This document shows positions 48,709 to 62,683 of a stretch of DNA of 64,000 bases, piece after piece. The notes under the pieces were generated by a model, which was given only the letters and a program-made list of their open reading frames with translations, made no database searches and had not been told where the DNA came from. Position 1 is the stretch's first letter. Every line of letters begins with the position of its first letter. The position numbers and the translations under genes are program-made. The DNA comes from Paecilomyces variotii (taxonomy: Eukaryota): the NCBI GenBank assembly GCA_004022145.1, contig RCNU01000001.1; one strand, 5' to 3'.

Positions 48709-50929
48709 ATGGAGGAATACGGCCTCGATGACGGTCGATCGGCGGCAGAAGGGGACTCCCTTCTGGGGACCGGCTTAACGGTAATGAAGAAGTCGATTCT
48801 CATCGCAAGGACACGCTGACGTCCAGACTTAGACGCGCCATCTGGAGGCATTTGGCCGAAAGGTGACCTCGACAGCAAATCATTTAATAGGCCCTGCATC
48901 CGACCCGACGGCCAGTCACCACTATCAACATGCCATGACCGATATACACCGCGAGTTGCGGCGTCCTACCGTGCAGCGCAGGATATTCTCCCTGGCCCAT
49001 ACAACCCCGACAGATCTCGTCCGCTCCAAACTGTCGACCGCTGAGATCCAGTCGCGCGCAATAGCATCCGTTCCGGACGAGCTGCTCAACAATATCCCCG
49101 AAGATTCGAGCACATACTCTTTATTCCAAGGCTTCCAAGCCTCTCTGCCCGAAGACGACCTTGACCACAGAAGATCTCACCGAAGACGATCTTCAAAAGG
49201 CCAGAAACAGCTCAATGATGTGGAAAGAGGAGGCGCGCTGCCTTCCTCGGCGGGCGGTCTGAAGAAGGAGCGGGAAGTTCTGAACCACAGGCTGGAGATG
49301 ATGGGCATTCGCAAGAACATGTGCAGCGCAGAGATACATGAGATTGATACTAAAATCGCGAACCTGCATAATATGCGCAAGATTGTCCTGGACCGGCTGG
49401 CCGGTCTGGAAGTTGATGAGGCAGAGATCGAGCGCGAATGTGAGTGACGGTTCGACGCTCTCTATAGCGACGGCAGCTTGCTAATGATCGCAAAAATAGT
49501 GATTGAGATCGATAATAAATTGGAGGAAGTAGGAGAAGAGGAGGAAGCTGAGGAAACTCCAGTTACTGCGACGACTCCGAAGTCTTCCGATCCTAACGGT
49601 TCCTTATCATCCGAAGACCAGGCCATGGATGCATCTTTTATGTCCGAGTCGATCTACCAGAAGTTGCCGTCGCCCAAGACTAAGAAATACCGCTCTATAA
49701 GTATGCTAACTCGAATAATGTTCGATGAGTGTGTCAAACTGACCGGCTCTCGCCAGGAAAACGTTCAATGCCTATTCTGCATGAACATTTCGAGCCCGGC
49801 TCCCTCATCAAGGAGATACAAGCGCATAACGATATTATCACGGCTCTAGACTTCGATTTCCCATTCGGCACCATGGTCAGCGCTGCATTGGATGATACTG
49901 TTCGGGTCTGGGATCTCAACTCGGGGCGTTGCCAGGGATTTTTGGAGGGTCACCATGCCTCCGTGAGGTGTCTCCAGGTCGAGGAGAACATTGTTGCTAC
50001 GGGTTCCATGGACGCGTCTATCCGTCTCTGGGATCTGAGTCGAGCCAAATTCGCTCCCAAAGATAACCGCATCAACAGGAGCAGTTCCGAAGATGAGGAC
50101 GATGGACTCAACTATGGCGAGGACGCGCACCCTCCACCGGCCCCGTCCAGCATGGAAGATTGCCCTATTTTCTCCCTTGAGGCTCATGTGGCCGAGGTGA
50201 CGGCCATTCACTTCCGAGGGGACACGCTGGTGTCTGGCTCTGCAGACAAAACCTTGCGACAGTGGGATCTGGAGAAGGGACGTTGTGTGCAGACTCTGGA
50301 TGTTCTCTGGGCAGCTGCCCAAGCCGAATCGTTAATGTCTTCGGCCAACACCTCCGGCTGGCGACCTTCGGGGCGACTTCCTGACGCCTCTGCCGACTTT
50401 GTCGGTGCCCTCCAGTGCTTCGACGCAGCCCTGGCATGCGGCACTGCTGATGGTATGGTTCGCCTTTGGGATCTGCGAAGTGGACAAGTCCACCGTAGCC
50501 TGGTGGGACATACAGGACCTGTGACCTGCTTGCAGTTTGACGATGTACATATTGTGACAGGTAGTCTCGACCGCAGTATTCGGGTAAGTGTCATTCATGA
50601 TATAGTTCTAAGCTGCTGTACCTTTGCTAACGTAATTTCTTCTTTTTCAGATCTGGGATCTTCGAACTGGATCCATTTACGATGCCTTTGCTTACGACAA
50701 GCCCATCACTAGTATGATGTTCGATAACCGTCGGATTGTGGCTGCAGCTGGAGAAAACGTCGTCAAGGTCTACGACAAGGGAGACGGCCACCATTGGGAC
50801 TGCGGTCCCGGGGTGGGCATCGATGAGGATGATAGTGCTGCTCCTTCCACGGTGGAGCGCGTCCGCCTGAAGGACGGCTATCTCATCGAAGGCCGTAGAG
50901 ACGGCGTGATCGGCGCGTGGACATGCTGA
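48709..50929 (+). CDS. MDV1: Mitochondrial division protein Mdv1/Caf4 (WD40 adaptor)
   Basis: YSLFQGF N-terminal motif, coiled coil ([14 protein letters not shown]), WD40 repeats ([38 protein letters not shown]); four introns. Confidence 0.93.
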
Positions 50930-52449
50930 AGTGACCTCGATTTGACGATTCCATAACCCAACTCCACTACGTCGCGGTGAGCACTGCATTTTCACCCTCT
51001 ACGAAGGAGACACCTCCTGTATACTATTTTCATGGTTATAGACTGTAGGGCTGGCGACAGTCTTAGTATGGGGGATGATCTGTAGAATAACGTGTGCCAT
51101 GGGCTTTCTCGCGCTGGATTCCTGCCAAACCAGCGATGATGCTGTCTTATGTCTCGATGTTGCCTTGCTGTGATTTAGCGAATGTTACATAGTACCAACA
51201 TAGATCTCCTTTTATTCAGAGTGTGGTGGTTCTGATCAGAGCTGCCGAGAAGGATCAACTCTTACTGGGGTTTCTCATAAATGAACCAGATCTGGCAACA
51301 TCTCTCGACGCGTCTCGACGTGACCTCCTATCCACGTGATCAAGCTCGGACCACGTGCCGAAGCGCGCGCGGCAAAACAAAGCGGAAAGGCATCTTTGTT
51401 TGGGTCTGTACAGCAAATCCTCAATTTAAATCATTAAGAATCAAAGCTGTTTTGAGCTATTTTCTCGTCCGATTAACCCTTTTCTTAGTATCTTATTTCC
51501 ATGCGTGGTACTAAGCATTGATCTTAAAAACACGTGTCTGGTGGTCTTGGGGGAGAAGAGTATGCTACGATAGGCCAGCAGTTTACCTAGCCGCTCTCCA
51601 CGAACCGAGAATCTGCAATATCCATATCCCTATGTACTGCGGTATCTGCCACGGAAACAGGCATTCGTATCGTCCAGTCATAGGTGCATTGATCCGGCTG
51701 CATTACGCTGCAGATCTTAACATAAGATCAGCTAGTTGATAGTCTTATTGGCTACATCTTCAACGCAAACGGGGAGCCATAAACCTCGCGCTTGTCTTAT
51801 GATACTGGATCTGCAAGGCAGCTGTGGCACTTTACTTGCATTGCTGCTTGTTAATATCAGGTGTCACTTGCTTGGGTCAATCTGGAGTTGACATATCTGG
51901 GTTGTCACTGGCTGTGTCAGAGAGACCTGATTCTGAGATTACCAGAACCTACTGGACCTAAGAGATAGGTAAGTTGCATGTCCTCATGGCTTGATGGCTG
52001 TTGTTGAATGTCATCATGCTCTTTCTGTGAGCAGAACATTTGTTTGTGGCATCTCGTTTGTGCAGCCTTACTCTCCGGCTCTGTTTGTTATTATCCCTTT
52101 TGTACTGCACCATGCGGCTCAGAAACAACGTTGACAGATTCTGCCACCTGCACGGCAACATACTGCTTCACTTCTCCAGTCACGGTCCTGTCATCTTATA
52201 TTTGTCTCATGACTCTACTCTGCGTTTCTTTCTAATTTGATCTGCTGGTTCATTTTGTCTTGACATTTCTTTCTGTATTTCTCTTGCCTACCTGCATGTT
52301 ATCCCTCGAATGATCTGCTGATTTGGGGACATCATTTCTTCTTCTTTCGGTTTGTGAAACTACCATATACTGATTATTATGTGCAGAACTCGTCTAGCTG
52401 ATGCTACTCTTGAGGTGTGCGCTTTGAGGAGTTAATATCAACTTATAAT

Positions 52450-54807
52450 ATGCCACCGAAACGGAGTTCTGGCCGCCGGGCTGGCTCCGTCATATCCAAT
52501 CATTCCCAACTCGCTGCCGGCCTGTCAAGCCCTGACGTTTTCAACCCCGGCCTACCAAGTATCCGAAGCAAGCAGTCCTTTGCTTATGGCTCGTCGAAGA
52601 CCCCAGCCTTGCCTCGCGAGCTAGGCACAAATGTCTCAATGGGAATCTCAGAGATGGCTGAGACTATCGACGTAGGCCTACGACAAGCTCATGAACGCGA
52701 CACCACTATCGACGAAAATCCACGAAATAGGAATCAGCGGATGGCAACACGCTCACAAACACGTTCTGTCTCGCGAAGCCCGTCCCCCGTTGCGCGTCCG
52801 ACTCGTCGTCCCGCTGCCAGTAGGTCTCCCGGCCGTCGAGGGCGTCCTCGTCGGGAGCCAACTCCTGACCAACAACTGCTGGATGCACTGCGCGAAGAGA
52901 CTCAAAGCCCATCCCCTTCCCCTCCAAAGCTATCTACCATTCTGGGTTCTGACAGTAACCCCGATTCTACGGCGCCTCCCACGCCTCCTGTGCCACACAC
53001 CCTCTCCACAGATACCACTCCTGTTCGTTCGAGTTTCCCTACTACACACCAGAGTCTGCGACCTGGGACATATCCGCGTTTGGATCCTACGCCTGGGAGG
53101 TTCCGATCATCCCCAGGGCAAGATGCCTCTGCGCTGGACTCGTCCCGGTTTGAAACTTCTTCAGTCGATAACATGTCGACAGTTTCCTGGAACCTGGAGC
53201 GTGAGATTCATGACGCTGAATTGCAACGCACGACAGAGAATTCTACGTACAGACGGCAAGGACCGCATGGCACAAATATTACAGCCCCACCAAAACGTCC
53301 TTCCGGACTTTCGTTCTCACGGGATATCATTGAGGAGGAGACTGAAGAATCTGAGCCTAGTCCTGACCTCACACCAAGCTCAAGCGCTCAGTCAAGCCCT
53401 GAGCCGCAGCCCCAGCCCCAGACCGAGCCTGAACCGGAGCCTGAGCCGGAACCAGAGCCGGAACCAGAGCCGGAACCAGAGCCAGAGCCAGAGCCTGAAG
53501 TCCAGCCTAGCTCAAAGCCAGCGAGAGAGCCTACGCCGGAGCCAAAGCGTGAAGACGGTTTCTCAACAGCGCCCGCACGAACTATTATCCCTCATACTAC
53601 CTTTAGAGAGCCCTCTACCGACGATGCGAGCACAACATCTGAACAGCCTTTTGCGGCCCGTACAGTACCTCTTGCTAATATCAGGACCCCCCAGATTCTT
53701 TTTCCGCGGATAAACATCAATTTTAAAATGGTCTTTGTCGTGATATCAGTGCTGGTTGCTATAGTGGCCAGTTATGCATTCGCTGTGCTTTTAGCTTCTG
53801 GTTCCATGGGCTCCGCTGTCCCCTTCGGAAACCGCGTCCCTTATTCTCTGAACGCGTCAGAATCGGAGTTCCTCAGCCGCATCTCGGGGCAGGTTGAAAG
53901 ACTGGGTACACAAGTGTCATCGATATCTAGGGAAATGAGCTCGATGAGAATGGAATGGAACAAAGACCCCACCCATCCAACAATCACTCAACCAGTTGCT
54001 CTAGTTCCCGCTGAGCCTCCCAGGGTCAACTTCTTGTCACCAGGGACTGGGGCTGTTATCGATCCATACATGACTAGTCCCACAAGTGGCCGTGCGAGAT
54101 CGTTCCTTGGACGTATGTTTTTCGGAGCTTCGAAAGACAGTCCTCAAGGGGTGCGAGCTCCAGTTACTGCCCTGACGCCTTGGGATGGGCTTGGTGACTG
54201 CTGGTGCAGTGCTCCTCGCGATGGGCTTTCCCAGCTTACCGTTATACTCGGTCGCCAGATAGTGCCGGAAGAAGTTGTGGTAGAGCATATTCCCAAGGAT
54301 GCGTCCCTGGAGCCGGGAGTTGCCCCGCGAGAGATGGAACTCTGGGTGCGGTATGTATTCAACCAGAGCACGGTCATCTTAACGGACCCTTCCGTCCCCA
54401 ATACGTCGCCATCTTCTTTATTGGGGTCTTTCATGGAGAAGTGGTTCTCCTCTGGTCCCTCCGCCGCCCAAGATCCCTCTCCCGCGCTGAAACTGTCGAC
54501 CCACTTGCCACCATCGAGTTCATCGGTCTCATCTCTTCACGACCTAGTCTTGGAAACCCTGCGTCAGACTTATCCTCGCGATGCAGAAACAGCTTACTGG
54601 GATGATGCTTTGCTGGGGCCGTCATTTTACCGTGTCGGCAAGTGGCAGTACAATATCAATAGCGAGGATCATATACAGCATTTTAGCCTTGACGCCATCA
54701 TTGACTTGCCAGGTCTCCGTGTGGATAAACTTGTCTTCAGGGTGAATTCTAACTGGGGGGCGCATGATACCTGCATATACCGGCTACGACTATATGGACA
54801 TCTGTGA
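52450..54807 (+). CDS. SUN (Sad1/UNC-84) domain nuclear envelope/SPB protein
   Basis: MPPKR start, long disordered N-terminus, single TM ([23 protein letters not shown]), short coiled coil, C-terminal [48 protein letters not shown]. Confidence 0.88.
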   Translation: MPPKRSSGRRAGSVISNHSQLAAGLSSPDVFNPGLPSIRSKQSFAYGSSKTPALPRELGTNVSMGISEMAETIDVGLRQAHERDTTIDENPRNRNQRMATRSQTRSVSRSPSPVARPTRRPAASRSPGRRGRPRREPTPDQQLLDALREETQSPSPSPPKLSTILGSDSNPDSTAPPTPPVPHTLSTDTTPVRSSFPTTHQSLRPGTYPRLDPTPGRFRSSPGQDASALDSSRFETSSVDNMSTVSWNLEREIHDAELQRTTENSTYRRQGPHGTNITAPPKRPSGLSFSRDIIEEETEESEPSPDLTPSSSAQSSPEPQPQPQTEPEPEPEPEPEPEPEPEPEPEPEPEVQPSSKPAREPTPEPKREDGFSTAPARTIIPHTTFREPSTDDASTTSEQPFAARTVPLANIRTPQILFPRININFKMVFVVISVLVAIVASYAFAVLLASGSMGSAVPFGNRVPYSLNASESEFLSRISGQVERLGTQVSSISREMSSMRMEWNKDPTHPTITQPVALVPAEPPRVNFLSPGTGAVIDPYMTSPTSGRARSFLGRMFFGASKDSPQGVRAPVTALTPWDGLGDCWCSAPRDGLSQLTVILGRQIVPEEVVVEHIPKDASLEPGVAPREMELWVRYVFNQSTVILTDPSVPNTSPSSLLGSFMEKWFSSGPSAAQDPSPALKLSTHLPPSSSSVSSLHDLVLETLRQTYPRDAETAYWDDALLGPSFYRVGKWQYNINSEDHIQHFSLDAIIDLPGLRVDKLVFRVNSNWGAHDTCIYRLRLYGHL
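53398..53498 (+). repeat. Coding hexanucleotide minisatellite (GARCCN)n encoding a Pro-Glu repeat
   Basis: [32 protein letters not shown] inside the SUN protein. Confidence 0.9.
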
Positions 54808-55691
54808 ACATCCTCATATACTTACTGGTTTCGCCTCTTCGCTGGCGGCTTATGACGGTTAAACGGGATATTCTTACTTGAATTGTTTTTTTCATCTGAT
54901 GATTTGCTGCAGCTCCGTTGGTTAGCCTGCCCTGTTTCCTTCACGTCTTCGACGGCTGCACTCCAACGTCTTGATCGGTCGCCGATCTTTTGGCTGCTGG
55001 ATCTGCCCTCAGGAGACATGAGATTCTTCCTTTCTTGTATCATAGCTTTTGATTCCCACCAGTTGCTATTCTCTGGGCTATTTTTATGAAGACTTCTAGT
55101 GCTTTGGGAGCGCATCCTGCTTTGTTCCATCTGCTTTTCCACTTATTCAGATGCATTTCCGGGGAGGCGTGGCGATATACCTACATTGTTCCGGGTTTCA
55201 TCCATTTGGTGCGGGCTAGTTACTCTTTGGGTGTGGTCTCAATTCAATTTTCCTCTTGCTTTTTTTTTTTAATCATGAACCCTCTCGCGGTGCACTTCCA
55301 TTCGAGCTCCTATACCTTTTCGCGCTTCATAGTTGTGATCTGGCTCTGCGATCTTTTGACTGGAAACTGCGGAAAGAGATAGTTCGGTTTTCGGAATTTT
55401 ATAGACAAGATGATGAATATGATAACACCATTTTTGATTCTTCAATCCTTATGCTTTTTGTGGTGCTGGAGCTATATATATATAAGCTAGAAGAGAATCG
55501 TAAGATACTAGACCATACTTGATTGCATATTGTATATTGATTGACAGTATTTGCATCATCTAATAAACACAGTAGTTCATCTAGGCATATATAAACCTAC
55601 ATATCTTTCTTGGTAAAAATCCCATACCTCTCTGCCTGCCTAACAAACAACATAAAAAAAAATGCATCAAACACTCGTATCGAATTCCGGA

Positions 55692-57753
55692 TTAACCCAC
55701 GACGCCTGCGGCGACTTTGCCCGCAAAGCCGCCCCATATCGCTGCAGCACAGCGAAGAGTGGGATCCCAGCGAAGAAAACAATAATGCCCTGTGCGGCGA
55801 ATGTCCAGGTCCAGCCTGAGGATGCTTGCCAGGGGGCGATGAAGAACTGTAATCACCCGGGGGAGGGAGACGTTGTTAGTAGGTTGATGGATAGTGTTGT
55901 ATTTGTGTAGTCTGGGCATGTTTGAGTTGATAATCAGTGGTGACTTACGGGATTGATGAAAGCGCTGAGATTGAGAAATACAGCGTAGAATGTGATGACG
56001 CTCATTGATTGTAGCGGGTAGCTGTCGACGATGTAGCTGCTGATTACGGTATTGCCGATCTGGATGCCGGCGGCGACTGAGGATTGTGTTAGATAAGTAA
56101 GTAAAGTAACTACTTGGTGCTAATGCTATGTATGTATTGCCTGGGAATTGGGAGGGTTCCTTTTTGGAACTTACATAAGAAGAAGGCAATCTGGCCAACT
56201 ATCCAGTGGTAGCCTTTATCGATACTGATACCCCAGACGATGAGTCCGACTATGTGTGTGTGCATGTTAGCTTTGATGCAGATAGAGTAGAATGTGACGA
56301 TAAATAATGTCGATACTCACTAGCAGTGATCAGAATAGCAGGATATGCCAACCACAGCCGCATCTCAGCAACGCGAACATTGTTGTTTTTCTTCGCCATC
56401 TTGGCTACGATATAATCGCTGAGTGTGCCAGAGAAGAAAATCTCCGAGAATAAGGTCCCCAGAAGTAGTCCAAGGAATAGCAGTCCTTGGATTAGTGGGG
56501 AGTAGTTGACATATGCGGCTGGAAGCATCGTGATTACTGATAGCACCCACCAGTACCACAGGAAGCAGTAGCCTAAAACGCCGATGACGACGACAGGGAA
56601 GCGGAACGTGAGCAGGAAACGTACGATCGAGTCCCATGGCTTTGGGTGGCGTACGCCGGGGACGGGCTTGATGTTCAGAAAGAAGAGCTTGGTGGTCCGG
56701 GGCAAGTCGACATTCTCTACGGTGCCCTGCTTATGAGCGGCCTTTTCAATGTCGGTTGTTCCTGGTATATCGTTTGCCAAAGGCATTTGCTGAAGCATCA
56801 GGTTTCGTGGGTATAGCGTTTCCGGCATGAAGAACAGCTCGAGGACAAGAAGGGCCGCGAAAAGGATTGCGTTGAACCAATTGATCCAGGCGGCGCTGAC
56901 AACGTTCAAGAAACCGCCAACTAGAGAGCTATCAGCAACCCACATCTGGCATGTTTTGTGCAACTAGACTTACATGTTGGTCCCAGAAGCAAACCAGAGT
57001 CGATAGCTAGCACCCAGAGGCCTAGCTTCTGGCCACGCTCATGCTCGAAGAAAAGATCGCCCACTGGTCGTTTGTTAGATAGTGATTCTCGTCTGAAGCG
57101 TACTTATTACTAGGAACACTTGCCTACAGCCATTCCTACAGTCGATGCAGGACTCACACCAAAGCCTTGAAAAAAGCGAGCGGCCATGTACCCGCCATAT
57201 GTGTTCGCAGCACCAGCACCGCAAGTTGCAACCAGTGCGATGATAGTTCCCAAGATGAAGATGATGCGACGTCCATAGATGTCACTAAATGAGGACCAGA
57301 ACAAGGGACCGACGGCAAGACCCAGAGCTGGGATGGCGACCGTCCAATTGACCTGAGAGTAGCTGATGCTGAACTGCGTCTGGATCGCAGGGAAAGATGG
57401 CACCGTTGTCGTCGTAATATATGTGAACAAGAAGTATCTTGGGGGGATCCTGTCAGTACTTTTGATATGCTGGCATGATATCCTCAGAATAATGCGAAGA
57501 CATACTTGAACATAACGATACCTAGGATGGTGTGCTTCCGCATACTGGACCAATTCAGAGGATCCAGGGGGTCAGCCGTTGGTTGTGGGTGCAGCTTGAC
57601 GCCATCCTTGGTCACCTGGGGTTTGTTGACATGGCTGTTTCCCACAAGGGTCGTGTTAGTAGGGATAGAGACGTTTCCCTCTTTCACACTGTTCGAAGCA
57701 TCCGTCATGATGGGTTCTTTCGTCCCCGATATTGGCTCCTGCTTTTCGTCCAT
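55692..57753 (-). CDS. MFS transporter (DHA1/HOL1-like)
   Basis: LHPQPTADPLDPLNWS, SDIYGRR, ARFFQGFG, DLFFEHERGQKLG, MPETLY, EMRLW; multiple introns. Confidence 0.9.
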
Positions 57754-59463
57754 GGTCGGAATTGCACTATTCAGACACCGCGCATATGGATACCAGGCAA
57801 ACACCACTTGTACTAGAACAGTTTTCAGGTACTATGCAGATATCGAAGTAATATAATAGTTATCAGGGCAATCCAATGACACGTCCCAATTCTGGATAAG
57901 AAGAATTGGCCAGGATGTTTGTTACGCCACGATATCCTGACGCCCCGGGCTGGTTCACGGCGATCAACGCTGGGGTCGTCCGTGTTATAGTAGTTAACTA
58001 GCAGGGGCTTATATCATTATTATGATGGCTATCTAGGGGAGTATATCTCAGTGTAGCCCCTGGCCGTCTCAGGGCGATCCAGCTTGCTGCTCATCAACCA
58101 CGCGATCGTGATACAGTCCAGTCAATGTATTGTCGAACCTTTTACAGTCCACGGTCCCTATCATTATCGACCCCTGGCAAACTATTCTAAGAACCTCATC
58201 ACTCCAATCATCATGGCAGAGTTCTTCGTGGCTGTCGTGTAGTTTGGCGCCGTTCAACTACCAGTTGCCTCTTGTGGACAATCATCTTCCCTGCACACGG
58301 CAGAACTTCTGAATGAGATAAGTAAGTCAATCACATAACCAACTATCCAGCATATTCATTATTATTACTGATCAAAACGACTTATCTGCGATCATCCCAG
58401 TGACTCTGCCACTGCCAGCCAATCACCGCCAAGCCGGGCTAGATAAGCGCTATCTGTTTATCACCAACTGTCGTCCGGTTGAATAATCGAATAATTGCAA
58501 TTAATTCTGCAGAAACACTGTTTTCTATCTGAAGCTACTAAAATCATAGTTTATACTAGTTATACATTTCTGCACCAAGTTAATAACTCGAGAATGCCAA
58601 TTTATTCCCCTTAACCTAAATCCAGCACTGATCTATGCTATCACCAACACGACAGGCAGTATGGTCCCATAGATAGCCAACTCAAACAGTCTGCCCAAAT
58701 AGGGTATCCGATTGAGACAATCAATAAAATGGAAGAGGCAATGGTCCAAGCTTCAGGTATATTTTTATCTCTACAATGGGTCCGTAGTAGTCTTCCTCGG
58801 ACCCCATCCATCCCGCCATTGTGGCTCGACGTGCTAGCACAACCATATTGTCATATACTTGACTAAAAAAAAAAAAAGAACAAAATCATGGCAGACAAGC
58901 CAGACGTGTGCATCTAGAGAGATTCTTCGAAGATAACGCAACTGTATCCCTGCTGCAGATAGTGGCCCCCGTGAGAGAACCGTTGATACTGTTTGGCCCG
59001 CATTCGCTGCCAGAAAGATGCAATTGGCACCGAGTGCACCAGTAATTGTGGTCTATATGCCTGCGTCACTCTGCTAATGCAACTTCCTTTTTGGTCTTTT
59101 GAAAAGATCCACGCGTTTGCTCCGGTGATCGGTCACCAAGCGGTCTTGAGTATTAGGTACTCTATCGTCCACTCCTACTACGGCTTACGGCCGGTCTCTA
59201 CGGTCCTAAGACTAGACCACCAGGGACCACATACAGAATACAGTACCATTTAGTCACTCAATCGGTTACTGAGCAGGTTTCTGTGTGCTTATTGGCAGTG
59301 TGAGTGTCTGGGCATCAACATACCTCCACACATCACGATCTACCTAGAAGTAGAATCGAGGTCTATTTTCTACTCATGTACTTGACGTAATATTTCTCAC
59401 AGTCTTGCCTTCATCAACTGTATTTACCTAGAGAAGTGTCTCGTTCCTATATACCGTCCTACA

Positions 59464-61067
59464 ATGGGTAGCGATATCCCTCCTGCCAGCAATGGCAGTA
59501 GATCCCAGGGCGATGTCACCCCAACCGAATATACAAACCTCCTCCCAAAGCCAACAGATCAAGAAAGCGCCTATAGCCAGAATGATGGCGACCTTTATGA
59601 TCTCAGCGATCGCGGCCAGTCAACCAGACAGCTCGTCGCGAAAGAGTTTCTGTTACTCTTCAAGGGATCTATACCGGTCATTCTTGCCTATACGCTGCAA
59701 AACAGTTTGCAGACAATCTCCGTCCTGGTCGTGGGCCGATCTTCGCCAGAGCACCTGGCAGCAGCAGCCTTCTCATACATGTTTGCCATGTGCACAGCAT
59801 GGCTGATCGGACTGGGTGGAACTACAGCATTGGATACCCTGGCATCCTCTACCTTTACGGGAAGTTCGAACAAACATGATCTTGGCATCCTCCTGCAGAG
59901 AGGGTTCATTATTCTCGGACTCTTCTATATCCCAGTGGCTATTTTGTGGGCTTGCGCAGAGCCTGTGTTCAGGTTTCTCGGCCAGGATGCGACACTATCG
60001 CGAGACAGCGCCAGGTTTCTCACCTGTCTGATACCGGGTGGACTGGGATATATCTACTTTGAGGCTATGAAGAAGTATCTACAAGCTCAAGGTATGTTCA
60101 TTGCGTCTTTCACATCCTCGCCCAAAGTTGATAATCGCTTCTAGAAATCATGCGCCCCGGCACCTACGTTCTCCTGATTACTTCCCCCCTTAACGCCGGG
60201 CTCAACTACCTGCTCGTATACACTTTCAAAATCGGCCTGTTGGGCGCTCCTCTCGCAACCAGCATTTCATACTGGCTATCCTTCGCCCTTCTTGTGCTTT
60301 ACGCCCGCTTCATCGACGGCTCCGAATGCTGGGGTGGCTGGACACGCAAAGCCTTCAGCAACATGGGCACATTTGCCCGTCTCGCCATCATGGGTGTCAT
60401 CCACGTCGGGACAGAATGGTGGGCTTTTGAAATCGTCGCTCTCGCAGCCGGTCGACTGGGCACGATCCCACTCGCTGCTCAGAGCGTGATCATGACAGCC
60501 GACCAAGTCATGAACACTGTCCCCTTCGGCGTAGGTGTCGCGGCCTCCGCACGAGTTGGGAACCTCCTGGGATCTCGCGATGCTCGAGGCGCGGCCCGCG
60601 CAGCCAACACGGCCGCCTGGCTCAGCATGTTCCTAGGAACCGTAGTACTCTCCATCTTGATGGGATCGCGACATCACTTCGCTGAGATCTTCAATGACGA
60701 CGAACGCGTCGTCCGTCTCACAGCCGAAGTATTACCGTACGTTGCACTTTTCCAGATCGCGGACGGATTGAACGGTAGTTGTGGAGGGAGTCTACGGGGC
60801 ATGGGCCGTCAGCACGTCGGTGCGGCCGTCAATATCGTTAGTTACTATTGCGGTGCGTTGCCGTTGGGCGTGTGGCTCGCGTTTCATGGCTGGGGTCTGA
60901 AGGGTCTCTGGGTCGGACAGTGCATTGCGCTCTATCTGGTTGGATTGCTTGAGTGGGCGATTGTTGCTCTGAGTAATTGGGAGAAGGAGGTGCAGAAGGC
61001 CTTTGCTAGGATGGATACTTCGGAGCGTGTTGAGGGGGGAATTGGGTCTACAGGGGATATGGATTGA
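59464..61067 (+). CDS. MATE family efflux transporter (Erc1-like)
   Basis: GGTTALDTLAS, KKYLQAQG|IMRPG, EWWAFEIVALAAG, RVGNLLG, FQIADG, LRGMGRQ; one intron 60092-60144. Confidence 0.93.
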
Positions 61068-62683
61068 GGGTTTAGATCTGAGTATGCATGAGATGTATAG
61101 ATGGATGGTATGGGACTAACAAAAAGAATCTCGTTTTACGAGCACCGTTTCATAGCTCAGAATTGGATTTTATGTTGATTTTTGAAATATACAAAGTCTT
61201 TAGGATTGCTGCGTGCTACACAATCATGAAATCAAATTATTCAGCCTCATCAGTACAGTAACTAGTTATAGATCAAAAAATTGCTCCTTCTAGGCCTCGG
61301 CAATTACTTGAGGAGAGATCCCCTTGTTGCAGGAACCGGCTGATGTTGCGGCTAAAAACAGTAATGATTGGCTCACGTCATCGATAAGAAAGAGGTGATT
61401 CTCGCGATATCGGTCCAAACGTCCGCAATCGATAAGATAGCTACTTAGATAGACTATTTTAATTTCAATAATCTGGGGTTCGGTCAAGAATTGCCCCTCT
61501 CCCGCGGCCTTCCCTTTTAGGTATGGATGCACGTCACATCCTATCTTGTTGTTGACTACACAGAAATGGTTAAAGAGGGGAGATCGCAACAGCAATGATC
61601 AATTCTCTTTATTCATTTTTATGAGACCTCTCTCTGACTTGTTGTTATCAAGACCGATAAGGTAGGTAGAATCCCCGTGGAAGATCCGGAACGGGCGATA
61701 GAGAATAGACATCAACGTCATGGATTCCACGTTTCTCTTACCCCATCGACGACGATCCCAGCGATAAGCTGTGATATGGACGAAACCCGGAGATTCTCCT
61801 ATTGGGTCAGCGGTACCTGGCTGTGCGGAATATAGGAATTTGCTTCTGTTCCCGTTGAGTTAGCTCGAGTGAGGTAAGAAAGGCCGGGATGAACATGCAG
61901 GCATATGCAGATACCTTATGCGGAATAGAAAAGATATTCTCCTGTTATCCAATTGACTTTTTCATGCTGACCGATGTTCCGTCCGTCTTGTCCCCAATAG
62001 GAAGGATATTGGAGATAGCCAGTGAACTAGCTTGCTCTGTCGACGGCTCACTCTGCTGTCCGTTGAGCGTGCCCTCACTCATAGACTCACTCCAGACATA
62101 GCGTGCTTCTAGGCCCATGAACTTGGATGATCAGGCCATGGAACCGGCGTCGTAGTCCATGATGGATCTATGCATGGAGGTATCCATTCCGTAAGACCCA
62201 TCAACCACTGGAGGGTGAAATCACTATCGAATGGTCATCGATATGAATAACGTGTAGGTAATCGTTTAACATACCGTATCCTGTGGCCTATCTCCAAGTA
62301 AAGGCAATCACGGCCAGGGTTGTATCTCTCTCTATAATTCCACTGCGGGGGGGACTCTCTTGTCGTTAGGTAACAGCAACAGATGTGAATAATAGACAGG
62401 ACTAAATCGCGATGTTGGATCTCCGAACCACTATCCCGCGGTAGAGAAAAGGGTCAAGCTCCAAAGTATTTTATTCTCTTTTTTTGTCGTAGTAGTAGAC
62501 TGTTTCTTCAGCTTCCATGTTTTCAGGACGAGCTTTGAGCGCTGAGACCATCCCCCGAGCAGCTATATTTCTGAAGCTCGGTGCCGCTGCCAGCGTTCTG
62601 TTCCTCTGGTCTCCGTACAGCTTTTTCTTGATCTCTCTTCCCGTATTCATATTGTTCCTTGAGATAGAGAAGGAGATCCAATC

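Noticed and set aside
52691-53713. 340 aa alternative-frame ORF with QSRN repeats inside the SUN gene, and other antisense/overlapping ORFs
   Set aside because: Shadows of real coding sequence and of the PE repeat; no independent motifs.
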